A DNA stretch of 60,688 nt from a virus (taxonomy: Duplodnaviria; Caudoviricetes), in the IMG/VR virus record IMGVR_UViG_3300037510_000159, positions 1 through 60,688 of that record. The stretch is one strand, 5' to 3'. The notes beneath the pieces are model-generated. The model was not told where the DNA came from and searched no databases. It was given only the letters and a program-made list of their open reading frames with translations. The position numbers and the translations under genes are program-made. Numbering within the stretch: position 1 is the stretch's first letter; each line of letters begins with the position of its first letter. Positions 54,275 to 60,688 of this stretch are shown here, in pieces.

Positions 54275-55602
54275 TGTCGGCGGCTCCGGGCGGGGCTCGG
54301 TTGCGGCTCGTCTTTGCCGCCTTCCAGCGCCGTGACCTTGGCCGACAGCACTTCCACCTTTGCTATAAGCTCCTGCACGCCGGCCCACAGGACGGCAGTT
54401 AATTCATGGTAGGCGAGAGCCTGCTGTCCCGGTTTCTCGCCGGCAATCCAGCCGCCGAAATCCTTCCCCATCACGTTCTGAACTTGCGGCGCAAGAAATC
54501 CCCAATGTGTCTTTTCGGTTTCTGTGCCTGCTTTCCACTTGTAGGTTTTTGGCGACAGGGCCGCCACTGCCGCAAGAGCATTTGCGGGAGCGTCCTTGAT
54601 GTCGGTTTTCAGCGCCGGGTCGGATGCGTTAACGAAAGCGTAGCTCGAAACTTGATTAAAACTCCGCCCAAGCCCGCCCAATCCATAAGTGTTATCTGTG
54701 GAAGGGAACGCAGACTGATAAATATAAAAGCCGCCGTTAGCTTTGAGGTGCATCTGTCCCGCAACGCCGCCGGGAACGGCGTTTCCGTATACAACGATAT
54801 TCGGTCCAATCGCAGCGTCGTTGAACCCGAACGTGCCGCCATCCGTTGTTATGTCGGTGCCGATATAGTAATTCGGCGAATATGCAGTAACCGCCATAAG
54901 AAACCGCGACGGATCGACTTGCATCAACGTATTGCCGCTGCGGTCAACGAACAGGTGGGTATTTTGTTGATAGACGTTAGAAGACAATCCGGGACTGCCG
55001 CCGAGATAGAACGTAGGAACGCCACTATTGTCGTAAACCTTGTTATATCCGGCGTTTAGTGCATCGTTGACCGCGTGGACAACACCATTCAGCCGCAGTG
55101 CATTGCTGCCTGCGATGAGCAAATTGCCGTTAATCGTAAGATCACCGCCGAGCGAACCGCCCGAGAGGGGAAGGTAAGACCCCACGGCTGCTTGTACGAA
55201 CTGGCACGTTGCAAGCTGCGTCGTGTTGGTCAGTGGCCCCGCAGTGGGAGCGGCAGGAAGCCCGGTGAACGTAGGCGAGGCGAGCGGAGCCGCCCCGAGG
55301 CCCGCCAGCAGCGCGGCGTTGTTGGCGGCAGAGATGCCCGTTCCGCCGTTGGAGAGCGCAACCGGCGTCGTCAGGCTAAGCGTCACGTCGCCCGTCGGCC
55401 CGCCGCCGGTCAGCCCGGCGCCCGCCGTGACCGAGGTGATGTCGCCGCCACCACCCACCAAGGCCAGCAGGTTGGCAACGCTGTACCGCTTGGTATCATA
55501 TCCGGTCGGCGACGTCGCGTTGGCGACGGCCATCTCGATCAGCGACGTGCCGGCGATCGGCAACGTCCCTGCCGCCATGTCGGATATTCGTATTCGCGCC
55601 AT
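54271..55602 (-). CDS. Tail fibre with C-terminal peptidase S74 chaperone
   Basis: APLASPTFTG.P.APT..TQLAT fibre motif; SDPALKTDI..WGFLAPQV..L..GVQEL chaperone. Confidence 0.85.
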   Translation of the reverse strand: MARIRISDMAAGTLPIAGTSLIEMAVANATSPTGYDTKRYSVANLLALVGGGGDITSVTAGAGLTGGGPTGDVTLSLTTPVALSNGGTGISAANNAALLAGLGAAPLASPTFTGLPAAPTAGPLTNTTQLATCQFVQAAVGSYLPLSGGSLGGDLTINGNLLIAGSNALRLNGVVHAVNDALNAGYNKVYDNSGVPTFYLGGSPGLSSNVYQQNTHLFVDRSGNTLMQVDPSRFLMAVTAYSPNYYIGTDITTDGGTFGFNDAAIGPNIVVYGNAVPGGVAGQMHLKANGGFYIYQSAFPSTDNTYGLGGLGRSFNQVSSYAFVNASDPALKTDIKDAPANALAAVAALSPKTYKWKAGTETEKTHWGFLAPQVQNVMGKDFGGWIAGEKPGQQALAYHELTAVLWAGVQELIAKVEVLSAKVTALEGGKDEPQPSPARSRRH

Positions 55603-55648
55603 CAGATCCGGCTCCTATAGCGTTAGCTTAAATCCGAAGCGTCTCTGC

Positions 55649-55677
55649 TTGACCCGCCCGCGCCCGCTTTCCATGAT
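55649..55677 (+). promoter_or_regulatory. Sigma70-like promoter, antisense to tail genes
   Basis: TTGACC-N17-CATGAT. Confidence 0.55.
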
Positions 55678-55683
55678 CGCCCT

Positions 55684-55908
55684 GTTGGGTACCGCCAGGA
55701 GGGCGGGAACGAGGCGAAAGCCTGAAAGCGAGTGGAGACTGTGTGAGACCTGCGGGATTGAGGTTTCTGCTACGACGCAGAGTAAAATCCCGATAGGGAG
55801 CAATCCCGTGGGCAGTAGTCGTTGAAGCTACGAATGGTGTTGAGCCGCAAGGCGAAGTGCTAACTCCGAGTCCGAAATCCGGATGCTCGCCACACCTCGG
55901 TGGCTCCC
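55684..55908 (+). ncRNA. Putative structured non-coding RNA, unknown family
   Basis: Nested long-range stems and three GNRA tetraloop hairpins downstream of a promoter; no credible ORF. Confidence 0.6.
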
Positions 55909-56294
55909 TATGCTACGACGCGCAGCGGCACGCGCCGCGCTGCCGGATGCACAATCGCTGGGTGGAGAGTGCCCCAGCCGACCAAGATCGTCTCAATAGC
56001 TTGAAACGCGTCGTAGACTTTCAGCTCGTGCCGGTAATTGCCGGCCAAAGCCCTGGTGTCGTCAGGGTCGAGGTGGATCACGATCTGGCCGCCGACGACG
56101 TCCAGCATCTCGATCTGGGTCGGGTCGTCGCTGGTCTTGACGACCGTCGCCGAGACGGCGTTGACGTCGCCCAGGGTCCAGATCAACGTCGCGTCAGTCA
56201 GATCGAGGGGCAGCCCGTCATAGCCCAGCACGGCAATGAACAGGTCGATGTCGTCGCCCGCCCAGCCCTGGAAGTCTTGCCCCGTCTCTGCCAT
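55908..56294 (-). CDS. BppU-like/Ig-like tail-associated protein
   Basis: GDD..L...V...G.PLDLT.A...I.L.P.DT..L.G.Y.HEL. Confidence 0.65.
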   Translation of the reverse strand: MAETGQDFQGWAGDDIDLFIAVLGYDGLPLDLTDATLIWTLGDVNAVSATVVKTSDDPTQIEMLDVVGGQIVIHLDPDDTRALAGNYRHELKVYDAFQAIETILVGWGTLHPAIVHPAARRVPLRVVA

Positions 56295-57736
56295 CAGGCT
56301 GCCCTCGTTTTCCGGAAATCCGATCGTGCGATGAGCTGCGGCCGCGCCCGGCTGGCGGTGAGGTAGTGCCGCTCGCCGACATGCGTGCGCAGGGTCGCGG
56401 TCAGGACGGCGACGGTGGCGCCGCCGATCAGCTGGTGCTGCAGGATGCGGTCGTCGGGCTCGCCAATGGCATCAAGCCCGGGCCTCCACCATTGCTCGGT
56501 AACCCGCGGCAGATAGTCCTGTGTCGGATCCGGGTGAGGCGTCGAGGGCGAGCGCTCCGTGACGCGGACGTACAGCCCTTCGACATAGGCGTGGACCTCG
56601 AGCCGCCCGGTAAACGCCGCGACGGTCGCCGGCGCCAAGGTTGCATTGACCGTGGCCGTCGTCTCGATCGGCAGCGTCTGCTCGATGTACCGGGGCGCGC
56701 TCGTCTCGGTCGCGCGCTCCTGGTTGTCCTCCGTGTACCGCTCGCTGTACGCATCATCGTCGAGGGAGCCGCGCGCCACCAGCGCGGCCGGCGCAAGCGT
56801 CTGCGAGAGGCTGCTCCTGATCGGCACACGGGCCGATGAGGTGAGCGTTGCGGGAGCCAGGGTCCGCGAGAGGCTGGCGTGCAATGGCGCCGGCGCCGAG
56901 GCCGCAGGCCGCAGGATCTCCCGCACCAGGCCCTGCACCAGCAGCCGATTTGACCCGACGCCGGGTGCTCCAATTACCTCGCGCACCAAGCCCTGGACTT
57001 GGAGCACGCCCGTAGATGTGCCGATTGTTTCGCGTGCAAGCCCTTGTGCGAGTAACGTGGAGAAGTGGTCGGTGTCAGGGAATGCGTCGGTTGGAGGTGT
57101 AAACGCACCCGCGTACCGGGCAACACCTTTGGTGATCCGCAGATCGTCTATCTGCCCTAGTGAGCCTGCATTGGTGTTCCCGTTGTTGCCGATTGACAGT
57201 GAGCGAGTGCTGGCAAAGAGTGTCGCGGCTACGGTAGCCGACCCGATTACCGCGCCCCCGGCATAGACCCGCAACACATTACTTGCGTCGCGGTCAACCG
57301 CGATATGCACCCAGGTATTGAGGGTTGGCGTATAACTCCCGCTGACCGACGGGGTATCGGTCCCGGTTGTGCTGTAATTAAATATTAGGTTGCTGCCGTT
57401 GAACCCGAACCACCAGCCTAGATTTGTAGTGGCAGCCCATTGTCCTACCAGACTTCGCAAGCCGGTATTGACGGATGGCCTGACCCATGCCTCAACCGTG
57501 AACTGCCCCGCGCCAAAATTGAAATCTGTAACGACTGGAGTGGTTACTTGGGCTGAAGCATTGGTTACGTCTAACGATCCGGCTCCCCACTTCGACTGCG
57601 ATCTGGATACTTTTGCAGTCGCTACGCCCGACAGGGCGTGGGCAGACAGCGAGCTGTCCAGGGGAGTCGTGGACCCGTCCGCGTCATCAAAATGGACGAG
57701 CAGGCCGACGCTTGAGAAGTTTAGGTCGATCGCCAT
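56294..57736 (-). CDS. LamG/concanavalin A-like domain tail protein
   Basis: LLVHFD..DGST, FTVEAWV, W.HIAV.R, GQIDDLRITKGVARY..FTPPT. Confidence 0.85.
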   Translation of the reverse strand: MAIDLNFSSVGLLVHFDDADGSTTPLDSSLSAHALSGVATAKVSRSQSKWGAGSLDVTNASAQVTTPVVTDFNFGAGQFTVEAWVRPSVNTGLRSLVGQWAATTNLGWWFGFNGSNLIFNYSTTGTDTPSVSGSYTPTLNTWVHIAVDRDASNVLRVYAGGAVIGSATVAATLFASTRSLSIGNNGNTNAGSLGQIDDLRITKGVARYAGAFTPPTDAFPDTDHFSTLLAQGLARETIGTSTGVLQVQGLVREVIGAPGVGSNRLLVQGLVREILRPAASAPAPLHASLSRTLAPATLTSSARVPIRSSLSQTLAPAALVARGSLDDDAYSERYTEDNQERATETSAPRYIEQTLPIETTATVNATLAPATVAAFTGRLEVHAYVEGLYVRVTERSPSTPHPDPTQDYLPRVTEQWWRPGLDAIGEPDDRILQHQLIGGATVAVLTATLRTHVGERHYLTASRARPQLIARSDFRKTRAA

Positions 57737-59256
57737 TACGAGGCCACGCTAACGCCGCCCTTGGCGGCATTAGCACCCGATAGTGTCCACGCCACCCCCG
57801 TGGCCGGGTCCGTGTCAAAATAGCTGGCTTGCCACTGCGATGTAGTAGCGAGTCCCTGACTTGGTGACGAGCCGGTTGTATCAGTCGCCGCGCTTTTGAC
57901 GTTGAAGCTCGCTGTCCTGGCCCCGGCATCGGACTTAGACACAAAGCCTTTGACGGCCATGCCAAATATCGTTGACGGGTTTGTGGAGAGCGCCGGAAAA
58001 GTGAATAAGTCCTCCTGGCCCACCGTTGAGCTGTGGGTTTGCGAAGCCGCCGTACCGAGCGGTGGGTTGCGTCCGACTGCCGCCCAATTTGCTGCCGAGC
58101 CGGTGCAGTTGCCCCATATCAACCAAGTCGGCTGCCCCGTCGTCATGCCCGATAGCGGCCCAGCCGGTGCTCCACTCGTGTAGGTGTTCGCTTTCTTTTG
58201 GCCTAAATTCGTAGTCGCATCGTATTGCTGCAAGACGACGGACGTGTCGGTAATAAGCCCCATCCAGTACGACTGCCCGGCCGTAACCGTCTGCGGCGTG
58301 ACCAGCGTTCCGGTCAACGTTGAGCCGCTGGTGCAGCCGACAACCTCATTACCGCTCGACAAAAGCGATCCGATCGAGCCGCTGCTGTCGGCGTACAAAA
58401 CAGCCTTGGATTTCACCGTGGCACTGGTCGCTCCCGGCACCACCGAGATCGAGTTGAGGGTGCGGGTGATGTCGGCCGTAAAGCGCACCAGATAGATGAA
58501 ATTCGCACCCGGCGCGTTAGTGGCTGCGTTGGCTCGCGCTACGCCGTTCGGTGAAATCCCCGCAGGCAGGACGATGTCGCCGTCGTTCGCGAACTGGGTC
58601 TGGTTGTCGCCATTCACGAACTGAGTTTCAATGACCGGGTTGGAGGTCAACAGTGCTGAATTGTACGCCGGCTGCGTCGGATCGAGGACGATCAAATCGT
58701 CAAGCGTGAAGAAGTTGCCGGTGCCGCTGATCGAGGCCGCGTTTATTATGGTGACGTTTGCTTGGGCGTTGTTCGTGTTTCCGGTGCCGCTATATAGCAG
58801 TGTACCGTCCAAATTCACGGTGTAAAGACCAACACCGGCCCCGCCAAGTGTAACATCCCAACTTAACACATGCGTCGAGTTCGCGGCAATAGACCCGCCG
58901 CCGGTAATAATCGCGCCGCCGGCATTGCCGGTGCGTATATTGATGACACCGCTTAACTCGATCGTGATTGAAAAAGCTGCCGTGCCGAGATTACTTTGAA
59001 ATACGAAGTTGTTCCCCCCGCCGGCCTGCGGGACCGAAAACCGAACGGAGCCGGCGATCCGGGTCAATGATACGCCAAGGTTTTTGGTGATCGTGGCGGC
59101 TGTGCCGATCCTGTATGCGTAACCCGTCGAACTGAGGCCGGCGACAAGCGTGCCTGAGCCGCCAAGCTGCGAGGTCCATTGGGTCAGGATATTTGGCGTG
59201 GCACCCGGCGGGCCGTACACGTCGAAGCCGTCGGTGAAAATTAAGGGAGATGGCAT
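57736..59256 (-). CDS. Beta-rich virion/tail protein
   Basis: IFTDGFD.Y N-terminus, DDL.V.D, and DP.TG.AWT C-terminal motifs. Confidence 0.7.
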   Translation of the reverse strand: MPSPLIFTDGFDVYGPPGATPNILTQWTSQLGGSGTLVAGLSSTGYAYRIGTAATITKNLGVSLTRIAGSVRFSVPQAGGGNNFVFQSNLGTAAFSITIELSGVINIRTGNAGGAIITGGGSIAANSTHVLSWDVTLGGAGVGLYTVNLDGTLLYSGTGNTNNAQANVTIINAASISGTGNFFTLDDLIVLDPTQPAYNSALLTSNPVIETQFVNGDNQTQFANDGDIVLPAGISPNGVARANAATNAPGANFIYLVRFTADITRTLNSISVVPGATSATVKSKAVLYADSSGSIGSLLSSGNEVVGCTSGSTLTGTLVTPQTVTAGQSYWMGLITDTSVVLQQYDATTNLGQKKANTYTSGAPAGPLSGMTTGQPTWLIWGNCTGSAANWAAVGRNPPLGTAASQTHSSTVGQEDLFTFPALSTNPSTIFGMAVKGFVSKSDAGARTASFNVKSAATDTTGSSPSQGLATTSQWQASYFDTDPATGVAWTLSGANAAKGGVSVAS

Positions 59257-59267
59257 ATGTTGACCCC

Positions 59268-59504
59268 TTATGCCTCATGCCCGGCCTGGATCGCGCCCGC
59301 CCCATTCGGCCGCGGTGCAGCAGCCGCCGAGCCGGCACCGCCGGCCCGCTCTTGGTGCCCATGGGCAGCCTGCTCGGTGATCGCCCCGATCAGCGGCGCC
59401 ACGACCCGGTACGGCCCCTCTGCGAGCACGCCGAGCAGCACATTCCATTGCTGCGCCTGCAGCACGATTGTGATCGGCGCGGTTGCTTCGATCGGCTCTT
59501 GCAT
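59268..59504 (-). CDS. Small tail-fibre-associated protein
   Basis: L.AQQWNVLL..L.E.PYRVVAPLI; TGATG overlap with tail fibre. Confidence 0.6.
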   Translation of the reverse strand: MQEPIEATAPITIVLQAQQWNVLLGVLAEGPYRVVAPLIGAITEQAAHGHQERAGGAGSAAAAPRPNGAGAIQAGHEA

Positions 59505-60688
59505 CACTTTTTGGTCTCCTTTGTGCGGGCCTCGACGGCCTCCAGGCGCTCCGCGATCTCTTTCAGGCTGTTGATCACGGCATAGACTAATTCGCCGGCG
59601 AACAGCACGCCGATATCTTTTGTTTCGCCGCCGAGAGTGAATTGTGTTTTGCCGCAAATCTCGGGGAGATGAGGCAACACTTCATCGACCATAAGCCCGC
59701 GACGAGGCGCCGATGGCTCGTCCTCCGTTGCGTATGGAGTGCCGGCAACATAACGATAGGTAACCGGCCGCAAATTTCTGATGGCTTCAAGGCCCCGAGT
59801 ATAGGGCTCGACGTCCTGCTTGATGGCCGGGTCCGATGCCGATCCCCAATCGCCTCCCCAGCAATAACAAACGCCATTTGCGTCAGCCCAGAACACCGCT
59901 TTGTTGGCGCTCCGATCAACAATCGCATAACTATCGGTATAAACAAAGCTCGCCAGGACATCGACCTCCCATACCCGCCTGCCGTTATTGAGAGCGATGC
60001 CCGTGTCGCCAGCCCCGTCACGCTTATAGAAAACCGCCGCCGTCGTTCTTTCGCTTGTGTGATCGACTTCGATGTACGATCCGAAATAGCCGTACCCATT
60101 TGGCACATAGACATTGGCATTGCTTCTGAAATCGCCGACCGTCGTGTAGCCGGCGACGGTCGCCCCGCCGTAGATGTCCACCTGGCCGCCAAACCTGGCG
60201 AGCTGCCCGCTGCTTTGCAGCCACAGCGTGGTCACGCCTTCGATATGGCTGTTGCCGTCGTCGTAGATCGCCAGCGTGCTCGATTGCCCGGCACGCTGAA
60301 ACAATATCTGGTAGTTGATATTCAACGTGCTGCCGTAGTATCCGCCGCCGGCGACATCGAGAAAATCAAATATCTTGACCCGCCTGGGGCTCCCCCCGGC
60401 TCCGACAATCGCCAATGCCGCAGTGTCGTAATTGCGATAACCAATCGAGCCGGCGGCGCTGTCGTCTCCGGCATTCTGTTTGAAGCGCCACACGCGCCCG
60501 CTGAAGAAGCCCCGGTCTGTCGAGGGGCCGGCATCGCCCGACGAATAGGTGTAGAAGTTTTGGTAAGCGATGACGTCGGTCTGCGCAAGAAACTGCCCGC
60601 CGGCAATGACCGGAAGCCCGTTGCTGTTTAGCCAGAGCTGGGTAGTGCTCTCGATATGGCTGTTGCCGTCGTCGTAAAGGCGCAGGTT
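59504..60688 (-). CDS. Tail fibre protein, 3' part with peptidase S74 chaperone
   Basis: Frame open from 60688 (NLRLYDDGNSHIE...); SDPAIKQDV..GL.AI..LRPV.YRY..GLM..E..INSLKE. Confidence 0.85.
   Translation of the reverse strand, partial: NLRLYDDGNSHIESTTQLWLNSNGLPVIAGGQFLAQTDVIAYQNFYTYSSGDAGPSTDRGFFSGRVWRFKQNAGDDSAAGSIGYRNYDTAALAIVGAGGSPRRVKIFDFLDVAGGGYYGSTLNINYQILFQRAGQSSTLAIYDDGNSHIEGVTTLWLQSSGQLARFGGQVDIYGGATVAGYTTVGDFRSNANVYVPNGYGYFGSYIEVDHTSERTTAAVFYKRDGAGDTGIALNNGRRVWEVDVLASFVYTDSYAIVDRSANKAVFWADANGVCYCWGGDWGSASDPAIKQDVEPYTRGLEAIRNLRPVTYRYVAGTPYATEDEPSAPRRGLMVDEVLPHLPEICGKTQFTLGGETKDIGVLFAGELVYAVINSLKEIAERLEAVEARTKETKK
60349..60686. repeat. Imperfect internal repeat of tail fibre gene, copy B
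   Basis: Aligns to 1-338; a further partial YDDGNSHIE copy lies about 411 bp away at about 60241. Confidence 0.9.

Noticed and set aside
60349-60688. Direct terminal repeat or exact circular overlap
   Set aside because: The copies differ in the middle, so they are paralogous internal repeats; about 70 bp or more is probably missing between the ends.

Overview
GC-rich, apparently near-complete genome of a tailed phage with a podovirus-type (P22/SU10-like) morphogenesis module. The host is probably an alphaproteobacterium (GcrA homolog, DUF6456-like activator). The contig is broken inside a repeat-containing tail-fibre gene that runs off position 1 and re-enters at 60688. The minus-strand late arm runs terS, terL, accessory genes, C5 methyltransferase, portal, two paralogous effector-like proteins, scaffold, major capsid, head/tail connectors, ejection proteins and tail fibres. 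There is also a replication/early arm (DnaB-N/AAA helicase, VRR-NUC, MORC-type ATPase), a cro/cI-like switch, a YqaJ-recombinase pair and many antisense morons. Main highlights: (1) a terminase intein whose HNH homing endonuclease is encoded in a different reading frame inside the still-open intein frame; (2) a major capsid gene split by two ORF-less group I introns, with a free-standing endonuclease gene behind a hairpin next door; (3) a promoter-driven ~220-nt highly structured antisense RNA in the tail module; (4) a two-repeat CRISPR-like mini-array; (5) tandem proteins with a shared 88-aa N-terminus and swapped enzymatic payloads; (6) two Acb2/Tad1-like proteins; (7) a nested out-of-frame ORF in the methyltransferase. 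All family assignments come from motif recognition by eye; no database search was run.
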